Of a stretch of 64,000 nucleotides of DNA, positions 30,611 through 41,273 are shown piece after piece. Origin of the DNA: Gemmatimonadales bacterium (GTDB lineage: Bacteria > Gemmatimonadota > Gemmatimonadetes > Gemmatimonadales > GWC2-71-9); the NCBI GenBank assembly GCA_965249575.1, contig OZ252244.1:992001-1056000 (forward strand). The letters run 5' to 3'. Numbering within the stretch: position 1 is the first letter of the stretch; the number at the start of each line of letters is the position of its first letter. The notes under the pieces are model-generated. The model was not told the origin of the DNA. It did no database searches and saw only the letters and a list, made by a program, of their open reading frames with translations. The position numbers and the translations under genes were made by a program.

Positions 30611-31626
30611 TCGAGACACCGGCGTTCCTGTACGACGGTCAGTCGTCGGAGCGTGAGGAGGTTCGCCTAGCCTTCTACCCGGCAGGACATGTGCACATCG
30701 TTGGACCGCTCACCGACGTCACCCTGCCGTTATCCGAGGTGGCCGTCTCACCGCGGATCGCCAACACGCCCCGAAGCATCTACCTCCCGGGTGGAGCGAA
30801 GTGCGAGGCGCCCGACAACGACGCGATCGATGAAGCCCTCGCCAGCCACGGGCTCGGGAGAGGGCACGCCTTCGTGCATAGGCTCGAGAGCAGCATCAAG
30901 TACGTGGTGATCGCCGTGATCGTCGCGATCGCTGCATCGTGGGGGCTCGTTCAGTTCGGCATACCTGCGCTCGCCAAAAGGGTCGCGTATGCCCTGCCGG
31001 TCTCGGTCGATGCAGCGGCCGGCCGCGATGCCCTGAAGGCCCTGGACCGAACGCTCTTCGCTCCTTCCGATATCCCGGAAAAGCGGCAGCAGGAGCTCCT
31101 CGCCGTCTTCCACGAGATCGCGAACTCGTCCGAAGTGGCGGCGGAGCCCCATCTCCAGTTTCGGCGCAGCGACCGGATCGGGCCCAACGCTCTGGCTCTT
31201 CCGTCCGGCGTGGTCATCGTGACCGACGCGCTGGTCTCGCTCGCCAAGCATGACGACGAACTCAGGGCCGTGTTCGCTCACGAGCTGGGGCATGTGGCGA
31301 ACCGTCATACGCTCCGGCGCCTGATGCAAAACGCCGCCGTGGCACTGGTCATCGCCAGCATCTCCGGCGACCTCACTTCTATCACGGCGCTTGCCGCCGG
31401 GATGCCAACCCTGCTGCTCGAGACCAAATACTCGCGTGCGTTCGAGCTGGAGGCGGACAAGTTCGCGCTCGAATACCTCGACAAGAACGAGATCGCGCGC
31501 GACCATTTCGTTCGCATTCTGACCCGACTGGACGAGGAAACGAGTCAAGGCGGTGGAGCGATCGACTATCTCGCGTCTCACCCAGCCACGAGCGACCGAG
31601 TGAAAGCTATTCGGAGGCAGGAGTAA
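30607..31626 (+). CDS. M48-family metallopeptidase
   Basis: PNALALP, HELGH, YSRAFELEAD, SHP; standard partner of YjgN. Confidence 0.92.
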   Translation: MIETPAFLYDGQSSEREEVRLAFYPAGHVHIVGPLTDVTLPLSEVAVSPRIANTPRSIYLPGGAKCEAPDNDAIDEALASHGLGRGHAFVHRLESSIKYVVIAVIVAIAASWGLVQFGIPALAKRVAYALPVSVDAAAGRDALKALDRTLFAPSDIPEKRQQELLAVFHEIANSSEVAAEPHLQFRRSDRIGPNALALPSGVVIVTDALVSLAKHDDELRAVFAHELGHVANRHTLRRLMQNAAVALVIASISGDLTSITALAAGMPTLLLETKYSRAFELEADKFALEYLDKNEIARDHFVRILTRLDEETSQGGGAIDYLASHPATSDRVKAIRRQE

Positions 31627-31732
31627 GATGCGTCGGGTCGATCGGCGGTTGGGGGGGTGGCCAAGACGGCCCAGAAGGCGCCGGCACGCTTCAGGGTAAA
31701 GTCACGACGACGGACTGCTTCGATCGGTCTCT

Positions 31733-33740
31733 CTAAAAAACCGCTGTTGCCTTGAGGAAGATCGTATCATCCTGCCTTGAGGCCTGTCCGAACTCGGCCG
31801 TGCCGCGCTGGTACGCCAACTGGAACGTCCCGAACGGAGGCCGGTAGCGGTACACGAAGACAGCCTGGATATTCTCGCGGTCGATGGCTGAGTTTGTCTG
31901 CAGGAACACGCGTAGATACAGATCCCGCGTGAAGAACTGATTCAGGCGGGCCACGTGGATCCACGTCGTCTCCATGCCGGGGTCGGGGTCGAGCACCAGC
32001 CGCTGCAATTCGTACTCGAGCGACAGGCCCTCGGTGACGGCGTAGGCGGCGGCTGCGGTCCAGAGTTGGAAATCCGAATCAAAGTTGCGCCCAAAGCGGT
32101 ACCCCACCTGCACGGAGTTGAACTCCCGCGTGTTGTAGCCAACGTCGAGTTGTAGCGCCCGGTTGCGAAAGTCGCTCTCGAACCGCTTGAACTCCTCCTG
32201 TAACGTCGCGCCGAAGCTCAGCCGATTTCGAAACTCGATGTTGAGTGACTGGTCGACTTGCCAGCTTCGCAGCACGTTACGTTGGCTGTGGTAGATGTTG
32301 TAGTTCGAGTTGTAGTGGAGCCGTTCGATGATTGAACCGGCGATCCAGAAGCTGTGCTCGAGCGCCGAGTCGAATTCTCGGCGGTCGTCGTCTCGAATGA
32401 ACCCGACGGCGTTCACGTTATCGGCGAAATTCTCGCCGAGATGCGTGAACCGCACGTGGAAATGAGACGTGGGCGTATCCCACGACGGCCGAATGAAGTA
32501 TGCCAATGTTCCGGTGTCGAACTCGCCCCAGCTCTTCGCGAGCTGTGCAGTCATACCGAGTGTTCGAGTGAAGAACAGGGTCGCGTCGGTGCTGATGGAA
32601 CCATCGTTGCCGCCCAGCGTGCGGTTTGCAAGCACCAACCCGACGTTGGACGGTCCGAGGTTGCGTTGCACCCGACCCATCGTGTACGTGGGAGTATTCG
32701 CGGCTGGTCCACGGGGGGACCGCGCGGCCAGCGCCTGCACGTTCCAGGTCTCTCCTCGGCCCAGCACCTGGGTGCCGAAGTCGATGTCGGCGATGCGCCG
32801 GGAGTACAAGGTACGGATGCGCTGGCGATACAACTCCGCGCTTTCCGCGCTTTTCCGGCAGTGCGAGCTCAAAGCGGGTCAGGTTCACACGCTCCTGATC
32901 CGCCTCGATCGTCGCGAAGTCCGGGTTGATGGTGGCGAACGCATTCAGCTGCGGCGTGTGGGCGTAGCGTGCGTCGATGCCCGCGTCGACATCGATCGTC
33001 GTGTCCCGCTGCCCCCGCGACAGACCGTACGCGATGAACTGATGTCGCCGTGATGGCGCTGCGATCTGGAGTCCTCGAATAGCACCGGCTTGTGATACTC
33101 TCCACTGGTTCTCCAGCGGCCCCGCCCAGTAGCTCACCTCGAGCGTCCGCCGCCGGCTCCGGCCAAAGTTGATCCCCCACACGCGGCCCGCACCGGACGC
33201 GAAACTCATCGATCGGAACGGGATCGCCATCTCGGCCGTCCATCCCGAATCGGTTGGCGCGGCGCCGGCTCGCCACGCGGCGTCCCATGTATCGTCCACG
33301 GTCCGCCCGTCGTTGGCCACGCGTCCATCCGCCTGGGTACCGAGCAGATTGGTCATGAAGTAGTACGCGGACTGCTTGTCGTTGTGCGTATCGAGGAGGA
33401 GCACGACCGCGTCGTCGTCTAGCAGCTGTGCATCGCGCCGAGTGAGCTGTGCGGCCGGCGGATCTGGATCGAAGACCGTGAAAGCAACGTAGATCCGGCT
33501 CGAGTCGTAGAGCACCATTGCGTCGGTGCGCCAGGGTGACCGAGTTCCACGCCGTGGCTCGAATCGGATGAAGTCGGTGGCATGCGCCGCGTTCCGCCAT
33601 TCCCCTTCGCCCATGACGCCGTCGATCACGGGCGGCGTGTCCGTCTGGATGGCCGGAATCACGAAACCGGAGTCAGGTACCTCGTTGCTCTGCACCGTTG
33701 CGGCCGAGAGCAGAAGGAGGGTCGCGGTGAGCATTGCCAT
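31733..33740 (-). CDS. CBM9-like + DUF5916 outer-membrane protein, frameshift near 32845
   Basis: PPVIDG...EW, WTAEMAIPF, TINPDFATIEAD..VNLTRFEL.LPEKR, YSRRI, C-terminal F. Confidence 0.8.
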
Positions 33741-33827
33741 GGACTATATCTCCGATCGGCAGGCGTGCCAGGCTTCTCGGTCGACGAGGTGGCGGGCGGC
33801 ATCCTCACGGAGACACTCGGAGGGATC

Positions 33828-35981
33828 ATGACGACGAAGCGAATCCTCCACCGCGGTGTGGTGGCGGTCGGCCTCGCTGCAGCCCTGGCCGCCTGCTCGG
33901 CCGGACCGGTCCGGATCGATGACGACGACATCGGGGGAGTGGTTAGCGGTCCGAACGGACCCGAAGCCGGCGTTTGGGTCATCGCGGAAACGCACGACCT
34001 CCCAACGCCGTTCGTGCGAATCGTCGTCACCGACAGTCGCGGCCGCTACGTGTTGCCCGACCTCCCACCAGCGAGCTACAGCGTATGGGCGCGCGGGTAC
34101 GGGCTGGTCGACTCGCCCAAGACCGACGCCGCTCCGGGACGTCTACTGGACCTGACGGCCGTTGTGGCTCCAAACGAACGGGCCGCGGCAGAGTACTACC
34201 CGGCGGCGTACTGGCTTTCACTCCTCCACGTACCGAGCAAAGAAGAGTTTCCGGGCACCGGACCGAGCCCCGCCGGTAACGGCATCTCGCCCAACATGCA
34301 GAACCAGGCCCAATGGCTGAGGATCGTGAAGTCCGGGAACTGCACGGCGTGCCATCAACTGGGCACGCCGGGCATGCGGAAGATCCCAGCTGAGCTCGGC
34401 GAGTTCGAGAGCTCCGAGGCCGCATGGGAGCGGCGAATCCAGTCCGGACAGGCCGGCCGATCGATGAGCCGTTCGCTCGACTTCTTCGGCAGGGGCCGTG
34501 CGTTGGCGATGTTCGCCGACTGGACCGATCGCATCGCCGCCGGGGAGGTTCCGCCCACGCCACCCAGGCCTCAGGGCATCGAGCGAAGCGCCGTCATCAC
34601 CCTGTGGGACTGGGCCGACCCCAAGGCGTACCTCCACGACGTGGTCTCGACCGACCGCCGGGATCCGACGGTGAACGCCAACGGCCCCGTCTACGGGGCG
34701 CTCGAGGCGAGCGCGGACTACCTACCCGTGCTCGATCCGGCGAGCCACACGGCGAGTCGGGTACCGCTCACGGTCCGCGATCCGAACACGCGTCCAGCAG
34801 CGGGACCATCGATGCCCGCTCCGTCGCCGTATTGGGGCGACGAGGTCATCTGGACCAGCAAGACCAACGTCCACAACCCCATGATCGACGATCGAGGTCG
34901 CGTCTGGCTCACAGCGACGGTGCGGCCTCCGGACAACCCGGCCTTCTGTCGCGAGGGGTCGAGCCATCCGTCCGCACAGATGTTCCCAACCGACAGGGCC
35001 TATCGCCACCTCGCGGTCTACGATCCGAGTAGCGGCGAGCTCACCCACGTCAGTACGTGCTTCAGCACACACCATCTCATGTTCGCCGAAGACGCGACCA
35101 ACACGCTCTGGACCAGCGGCGGCGGACAGGTTGTCGGCTGGCTGAACGTAAAGTTGTTCGACGAGACGGGCGACGAGGAGCGATCGCAGGGCTGGACCCC
35201 GCTCGTGCTCGACGCGAACGGCAACGGCCGGCGGGACGACTATGTCGAGCCCGATGAGGCGCTCGAACCCGCCAAGGACAAACGTATCCTGGCCGGATTC
35301 TACGGGGTCGCGCCCGCACCCGACGGGTCGGTGTGGGCCTCGTCGCTGGGCTATCCCGGCGCGGTGGTCCGGCTCGATCCGGGTCCCAATCCGCCGGCGA
35401 CCGCCCTGGCGGAGCTGTATCAGCTCCCGTTGGACGAGCGAGGGGAGCCCGTGCGCGGATTCTCGCCGCGGGGCTTCGACATCGACCGGGACGGCGTTGC
35501 GTGGGTGGCGCTGGCGAGCGGTCACATGGCGAGCTTCGACCGTCGCAGGTGCACGGGGCCGCTCAACGGTCCCACCGCGACCGGGCAGCATTGCCCCGAG
35601 GGGTGGACGTTTTACACCGAACCGGCGCCGCAGCTGCAGGGCGTCACGGACGACGGCAGCGCTGAGGCCAGTTATTACACCTGGGTCGACCAGTTCGATG
35701 TGCTCGGGCTCGGAGAGAACGTGCCCATCAACACCGGAAACGCCTCCGAGGGGTTGCTCGTCTTGAAGGACGGTGAGTGGATCGTGCTGCGGGTTCCGTA
35801 TCCTACAGGATTCTACACCAAGTGGATGGACGGCCGGATCGACGATCCGGGCGCCGGCTGGAAGGGGCGAGGGCTTTGGGCGACCGTGAGCACGCGGGCG
35901 CCGTTTCACATGGAGGGCGGGAAGGGCACCACGAGCAAGGTGGTGAAGTTCCAGCTCCGCCCCGATCCACTGGCACGGTAG
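33828..35981 (+). CDS. Lipoprotein with carboxypeptidase-regulatory-like domain, CxxCH motif and beta-propeller
   Basis: LAAC lipobox; GPEAGVWVIAET, VTDSRGRYVLPDLP, CTACH, KFQLRPDPLA. Confidence 0.75.
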   Translation: MTTKRILHRGVVAVGLAAALAACSAGPVRIDDDDIGGVVSGPNGPEAGVWVIAETHDLPTPFVRIVVTDSRGRYVLPDLPPASYSVWARGYGLVDSPKTDAAPGRLLDLTAVVAPNERAAAEYYPAAYWLSLLHVPSKEEFPGTGPSPAGNGISPNMQNQAQWLRIVKSGNCTACHQLGTPGMRKIPAELGEFESSEAAWERRIQSGQAGRSMSRSLDFFGRGRALAMFADWTDRIAAGEVPPTPPRPQGIERSAVITLWDWADPKAYLHDVVSTDRRDPTVNANGPVYGALEASADYLPVLDPASHTASRVPLTVRDPNTRPAAGPSMPAPSPYWGDEVIWTSKTNVHNPMIDDRGRVWLTATVRPPDNPAFCREGSSHPSAQMFPTDRAYRHLAVYDPSSGELTHVSTCFSTHHLMFAEDATNTLWTSGGGQVVGWLNVKLFDETGDEERSQGWTPLVLDANGNGRRDDYVEPDEALEPAKDKRILAGFYGVAPAPDGSVWASSLGYPGAVVRLDPGPNPPATALAELYQLPLDERGEPVRGFSPRGFDIDRDGVAWVALASGHMASFDRRRCTGPLNGPTATGQHCPEGWTFYTEPAPQLQGVTDDGSAEASYYTWVDQFDVLGLGENVPINTGNASEGLLVLKDGEWIVLRVPYPTGFYTKWMDGRIDDPGAGWKGRGLWATVSTRAPFHMEGGKGTTSKVVKFQLRPDPLAR

Positions 35982-36115
35982 CCGGACCCGGCCAATCTCC
36001 CTTCGGGTCGCCGGGGCGGGGGGTACACGTCGAACGAGCACCGCGACTTGGCGCCACGCCCGCCACCCGGGACAAACGAAGCCCGCTCATCGAAGGATGG
36101 GCGGGCGCGGCCTCA

Positions 36116-36325
36116 TCATGTTGGCCCAAGCACGACGTCTTCGCCGCAGGGCGCCGCCCCCGACTCTGGTACGAAACGACCAACGGGACCGACAATCCGA
36201 TACCGCAAGGTTGTCGGTACACTGCGATCCCCCCCTACGTGCACCTTCACGGACACGAGGCCCTCTTCGATCCACAGCACCTGCCCATTTAGAGCTCCTC
36301 CAAGGAGCCTCACTCGGACTACACC
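36116..36325 (-). CDS. Small hypothetical protein
   Basis: VRLLGGALNGQVL (GGPxDG-like motif); GGAA-type RBS. Confidence 0.4.
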   Translation of the reverse strand, partial: GVVRVRLLGGALNGQVLWIEEGLVSVKVHVGGDRSVPTTLRYRIVGPVGRFVPESGAAPCGEDVVLGPT

Positions 36326-36381
36326 CATCGAATTGTGTTTCCTTCGCGTTAGGCTGGCGGATCCCCAGCGGCAACCCGGCG

Positions 36382-36567
36382 TCAGCGGACCGGGATCACC
36401 CAATCGTAGGAGAGATCCACGTGCTTTTGCGGTGCCGTTGGATCCGGCGCGAACAGACGAACGACTCGTGCGGTCATCGATATCAGCTTGCCCTCGTACA
36501 CCGTCTTACGATCCAACCATTTCACTCTGCGGAGGTTGGTGGTCTTCTTGAGCATGAAACGACGCAT
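36382..36567 (-). CDS. Small hypothetical protein
   Basis: AGGAG RBS upstream; 61 aa with normal composition. Confidence 0.45.
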   Translation of the reverse strand: MRRFMLKKTTNLRRVKWLDRKTVYEGKLISMTARVVRLFAPDPTAPQKHVDLSYDWVIPVR

Positions 36568-36793
36568 AGTCTTCTACTCCTGAACGTGTTGGGTTTCCTG
36601 ACCTGGGAGAAGCTCTTCCCACGACACAGCACCAATCAGTCCAACCTGACGATATTTCGGCCGTGGCACGCCGGTCGGCGTGAGCCACCGCTCGACCAGC
36701 GCCGGTCACCAAGATGCCGCGACTGGCCAGCTGTTCGACCGGCGGACGGGTCGGGGGTGGATTTTCCGAGGACGATCTCCAACCGCGGCGCGG

Positions 36794-37360
36794 TCAAAGT
36801 CCGCTACCGATCAGCTTCTCCTCGAGCTCCGGAAAGGCCGACAGGACCATGTCCACCAAGCGCTCGGGGGAGCGGGTCAGCACATCGGTGACGGGGATCC
36901 CGAGTTCGAACCCGTACCGCGTGATGGCCGCGCTGACGTCGGCGTCGGACATGTTCTCGTGGTTAATCGTGAGGCCGATGACCTTCGTCTCGGCGAAGGT
37001 CTCAATGAGATTGAGAAATAGTCAGGGACGCCTCCGGCGTGGATCAGTGCGGCGGCGAGGTCGCGGCACATGGGGATGCCGTTCGGCTCCTCGTTCAATA
37101 CCTCCCCGGCATCGAGTCCGACCTTTTCGCTGTCGATGACCGCGAGGATCTCGCACAATGCCGAGTGACGAACGAGTCCGTTAGCGGTCTTTGCCGTCGA
37201 TGTCAGCGAAGTTGGCTTCACAATAGACGATTGCGGTTGCGACGGGCTCCTGTACGCGGCTGGATCGTGGCGGCGCGTGCACCGCTGCATCGCTTTTGAC
37301 GGTAGAGTCGTAATCGGTGGCGAGTGCGTTCGACGAACCGGAGGGTGGGGCTGCAGGCAT
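36794..37360 (-). pseudogene. DUF1611-family gene with frameshift and large internal deletion
   Basis: YCEANFADIDGK/TANGLVRHS..ILAVIDS..G.DAG joined at ~37015 to C-terminal LIETFAETKVIGLTINHENM. Confidence 0.7.
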
Positions 37361-37590
37361 GCGCACTCCTCGAGTTGGGCTCAGAGGAGGCGACGGAATC
37401 GCTCCGGCCGGATCCGGCCGGATGTCAAGGAGATCCCCGCTAAGTCAGGTGTACAATAGGCAATTTACATCGGATCGACCCCGAGGGACAGGCCGGTGTC
37501 GGGAAACATGCGTGCGAACCGAACCGACACCGTGAGGAGTGCGACGACTTGAACACTCGAGCGGGTTCCGGCACGGCGTCTGTGCTCCCC

Positions 37591-37618
37591 TCTTCACCCA
37601 ATGGGCAGGGTAGAGTTG
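37591..37618 (+). repeat. Degenerate att copy (tRNA-Ile 3' end)
   Basis: TCTTCACCCAATGGGC-AGGGTAGAGTTG vs TCTTCACTCAATGGGCCAGGGTAGAGTTG at 38261. Confidence 0.75.
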
Positions 37619-37750
37619 TTGCGAAGCAGAGCGAGCAGCGCCGGAGGCGAGGGGTCGGAGCGATCACCACATCAATGTCCATGGTGGCCCGTCCAGCGCC
37701 GTCGAGAGGCGGGCTGTAGCGCGACGAGCCCGGGCTTCAGCCCGGGGATA

Positions 37751-37825
37751 GCCGGCACCCAGCTCGCGCTCGATGCGGTAGCGATCGACCAGGGCGGCGA
37801 TGAGGCGATTCAATTGGTCTGTCAC
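37751..37825 (-). pseudogene. N-terminal remnant of a Ser/Thr kinase
   Basis: VTDQLNRLIAALVDRYRIERELGAG matches the start of the kinase at 41274 (MADLLDRLKAAVADRYRIERELGAG). Confidence 0.75.
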
Positions 37826-38005
37826 GGAGCACAAGATGGGCTCCCTGGCGCCAGGTAGCAGGGCAATGGTCGCAGGGACTGGGTTTCCGGCCCTCGATCC
37901 GGTTTGTGAGGCTCGAGTGTGTCGCATTTATCTGTGGAGGCTGCGAGGTGAGTGTTATCTCGAATTGTTACTGCGGGATTTCAGTGGTCCCCAAAACGGA
38001 GAACT

Positions 38006-38173
38006 CGCCGCAAGTTCGCGGCCGAGATGAAGCACACACCGCTCAAAGATCTCTGCTACCTGGGCGGGTGGAAGGACCCGCAGACGGTGCTCAAGTGCTA
38101 TCAGCGGCCCGACGAGATCACGATGCGCGAGGCACTGGCAAACAGCAGGCCGCTCGAGGCGGGTGAAGCGTAG
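38006..38173 (+). pseudogene. C-terminal remnant of a tyrosine integrase
   Basis: RRKFAAEMK...LGGWKDPQTVLKCYQ (box II R, GW, catalytic Y), directly upstream of the att copy. Confidence 0.8.
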
Positions 38174-38270
38174 CCCGAATCGACACCACGAACCGACGCC
38201 ACCGGAGTATTTCCTCCAAAACGAATCCCGCCCAGTGTCGTAACACCAAGCGGGATCACCTCTTCACTCA

Positions 38271-38315
38271 ATGGGCCAGGGTAGAGTTGAACTACCGACC
38301 TCACGCTTATCAGGC
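38271..38315 (+). repeat. att core, 45-bp perfect direct repeat of the tRNA-Ile 3' half
   Basis: ATGGGCCAGGGTAGAGTTGAACTACCGACCTCACGCTTATCAGGC identical to 46605-46649. Confidence 0.95.
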
Positions 38316-38673
38316 ACCCCAACAGGGGTACGGAATCCGACACGTTACCCTATTTACCTAGGTGGATCGTGCGATCTGCCGGATTCCAAACCGCGCAAGA
38401 CGGCACCCTGCCGGCCTCAATCGACAGCAGAACCGACAGCAACCGACTCAAAACCGCGTCCCCGGACCTACACTTTGCCTACTTCGCGCATTCCTTAATC
38501 CCGGTCTCTGGCGGTTGGTACCATCGCCCGACGGTAATCCCTTTGTTGATAAGGAAGTCACTGAGCTGTGAGCCTGGCGAAACGTATGGGTCGTTCGGCG
38601 CCTTTTCGAATAGCAAGCAATAGAGCCGCAGCTTATGGGCAACGGCCGTTAGACCGTTGGAGTAAGAACACCG

Positions 38674-38898
38674 TCACGGAAGATCGTCACTCACATCGAC
38701 GAGCTCCTTCCCGAACTCCAGGCAGAACACGCGTGCCTCGTCCTCTGACCCAAACTCCCGGGGATCGTCAAAACGCTTGACCCACGATCCCGACGAGTCG
38801 TGGCGCCAGATCTCCACCCGCGTGCCCCACCGGTCCGACTCCCCGATTTCATAGGGAGTCGCAACGATTTGAAACCCGTGGTAAGAGACGGTTTCCAT
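38674..38898 (-). CDS. Small hypothetical protein
   Basis: VSYHGFQIVATPY...W...F.SEDEA..FCLEFGKELVD. Confidence 0.7.
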   Translation of the reverse strand: METVSYHGFQIVATPYEIGESDRWGTRVEIWRHDSSGSWVKRFDDPREFGSEDEARVFCLEFGKELVDVSDDLP

Positions 38899-39071
38899 TG
38901 AGCGTCAGGCCCTGCATCGGATCATTGCCCAGGTTAGCCGGTAGCAGCGAGCGGGGTAGGGCGGTTTTGGGACATTGAGGGGTGCTGCTGGGACTCTCTC
39001 GACGGGCGCCATTACGACCTCGATCGGTCCAGCCGATACTAGCAAGGGAACGCAGGACGGAGGTCATCCGA

Positions 39072-39937
39072 TTGGCGCTGTTCATACAAGAGCTCAATGA
39101 GCTCCTGCTGCGAGGAGAGGATCTCCCCACCCTCCCGGACGTGGTGTTCCGGCTCCACGCGGCCTTGGACGATGACCTGGCGAGCGAAGCGCGGATCGCC
39201 GGGATTATCGAAACGGATCCAGCCCTCACCACCCGGCTGCTGCGGAGCTCCAACTCCGCACTCCTGAATCAGGGTGATCGAATCAGCACGGTCACCGCGG
39301 CGGTCCAGCGCTTGGGGCTGCGGCAGGTGCGGGTGATGTGTCTCGCCCTAGCAGTCGTCCAGGCATTTTCCTCCAAAAACGGCGGACTGGATCATCGCGA
39401 ACTGTGGTCCCATTCCGCTGGCGTCGGGCTGCTGGGGCAACATCTCTGGCGGCTCCGACAGTCCTCCGGATCGATCACCTCGGACGACCTCTACGTGGCG
39501 GGCCTCCTTCACGACGTGGGCTTGCTGCTTCTCGATCAGTACTTCCAAGAGCGGTTTCGGGAGGTTCTGGACCTTCGTGAGTTGGGGGGGGATCCCCTGT
39601 GGCGAAGCGAAGAAATTGTGCTCGGAACCGACCACGGCGAGATCGGGGGTTGTTGCTGGGACGCTGGTCACTTCCGGACGAGGTCATTGCGATCGTGGCG
39701 GCACACCATCATCCCGATACCGCGGCCGAGGAGTATCGCGATGCCGGCCGGGTCGTCCAGGCCGCTGAAAGCATCTGCAACGCGCACGGCCTCGGGGTGG
39801 CGCTCGAAGACGGCCCGGCCCCCGAACCGTCGGAGCTACTGCAGTCGGTTGGCTTGGAGGACCCTGCGATCGAGACGGTCCTCGACGAGCTTCAAGGCAT
39901 CACGGCGAGCGCCCGGGACTTCATGCAAGCAGCCTAA
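39072..39937 (+). CDS. HDOD-domain protein, frameshift at G5 39645-39649
   Basis: LPTLP, DPALTTRLLR.SNSA, AVQRLG, AGLLHDVG, DHGEIG..L..W.LP. Confidence 0.88.
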
Positions 39938-39947
39938 AGCGCCAGTC

Positions 39948-40244
39948 TCACGTCGCGTCCGTGATCAGCCTATGTGACTCCGTCCGAGCATATCGCTGGA
40001 CCCATCGCTGGACGGCCAGGCCACAGCGATCTCGCATGGCATCGGTCACCGGGGCCTCCGCCCCATTCGGTTGGAGAATGCTGAGGAGTCGGCCGACGAG
40101 CGCACCCCGCCACGTCGGAGAGAAGTTTCCCCACCAATAGGCGACGAGGGCGGCTACCCGCTCCTCCGGACGGCCGTCGAGCTGCAAATAGACGTCGGGG
40201 ATGTACCACCCTCGCTCACGGTCCTGCTCGAAGCTCGCTGCCAT
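39948..40244 (-). CDS. Hypothetical protein
   Basis: 98-aa ATG ORF with normal composition. Confidence 0.5.
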   Translation of the reverse strand: MAASFEQDRERGWYIPDVYLQLDGRPEERVAALVAYWWGNFSPTWRGALVGRLLSILQPNGAEAPVTDAMRDRCGLAVQRWVQRYARTESHRLITDAT

Positions 40245-40655
40245 ATCCAGGTAGTATCGACCGGAGGGCGATCCGGTTTAGGCACCGGTACCATCACCCG
40301 GCGGTAATCGGGTACCTGTCCTACGAGGCGGGTTCGGGGGAACAGGAAGGCGCAGACCTATGACTTCGCCGGTTATCCAGTAATCCCACCCTGTTCCCCC
40401 GAACCTCAATGCCCGTTTTGACCCTTGGTACCATGTGACGGCGGTAGGCCAGTACCTGGAACGCGTCCGTGCAATTCCCTGTTCCCCTGGAGGCGAGTTA
40501 CCCGTGGCGGATTCTCTGCGATGTTGTCGCCTTCCTGGCTAACGGACACTCTCGGACGACCTGAGGCAGCACCGGCTATGCCTGCCGTTTCTGGCTGGGA
40601 ATCAGGCCCTAGGGTCGATACAGAGCGGATGGAAACAGTCTCCATGGAGGCACCC

Positions 40656-41168
40656 TTGAATATTCGACACGCTCGCTTCCTTACCCTCTCGATCAACTTT
40701 TGCGTCCTCGGTCTGTTAGGCCCGTCGAGCCAAGCTCTCGCACAAGGAGAAGATCAGGAGGAACTCAAGCGCATCGAACGTGAGCTTACGACCGCCGTGC
40801 TGCACGTGGCTGTTGCCACTCTAGAGCTCACGTATGCGGATGATTTTCGCTTCACGCACTCGACGGGCAACGTGCAAACGAAAGCCGAGTGGCTGAGGGA
40901 GCTGCAGAGCGGCACAACCAACTACACGGCGCGGAGTACTGATTCGATTGAAGTCGAGTTGCATGATGATGTCGCGATCACAACCGGCCGAATTCATGCG
41001 CGCACAGACTCTTCTGATCCAAGATGGAGGGAATACACAGTTTGGTACGTCCGGGTTTACGCTGAACGGGGTGGACGGTGGCAGCTGCTGTCACACCGTA
41101 CAGTTCGTGAGCAGACAGGGCCGCTTCCAGCACCGGAGAGCGAGGTGCCACAACAACTGCCTAACTAA
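40656..41168 (+). CDS. Secreted NTF2-like (DUF4440) protein
   Basis: GGAGG RBS, signal peptide, YADDFRFTHSTG...KAEWL, RVYAERGGRWQLLSH. Confidence 0.85.
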   Translation: MNIRHARFLTLSINFCVLGLLGPSSQALAQGEDQEELKRIERELTTAVLHVAVATLELTYADDFRFTHSTGNVQTKAEWLRELQSGTTNYTARSTDSIEVELHDDVAITTGRIHARTDSSDPRWREYTVWYVRVYAERGGRWQLLSHRTVREQTGPLPAPESEVPQQLPN

Positions 41169-41273
41169 GTGACTCGAGGCTCCCCCCGCAGGCGTCACAA
41201 ACCTCGCTCTAAGTCTGGCCGGTCCGATTCCCGTGCCCTAGCTTAGTCGAAGAAGCAAAGTGGGAGTAGTCGC

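Noticed and set aside
38271..38498. ORF MGQGRVELPTSRLSG, or a second tRNA gene
   Set aside because: It is the antisense reading of the att copy; only the 3' half of the tRNA is present
41159..41250. Integron attC after the NTF2-like gene (GCCTAAC at the gene end)
   Set aside because: Only the R'' heptamer is present; no matching GTTRRRY or stem downstream and no IntI. At most a relic
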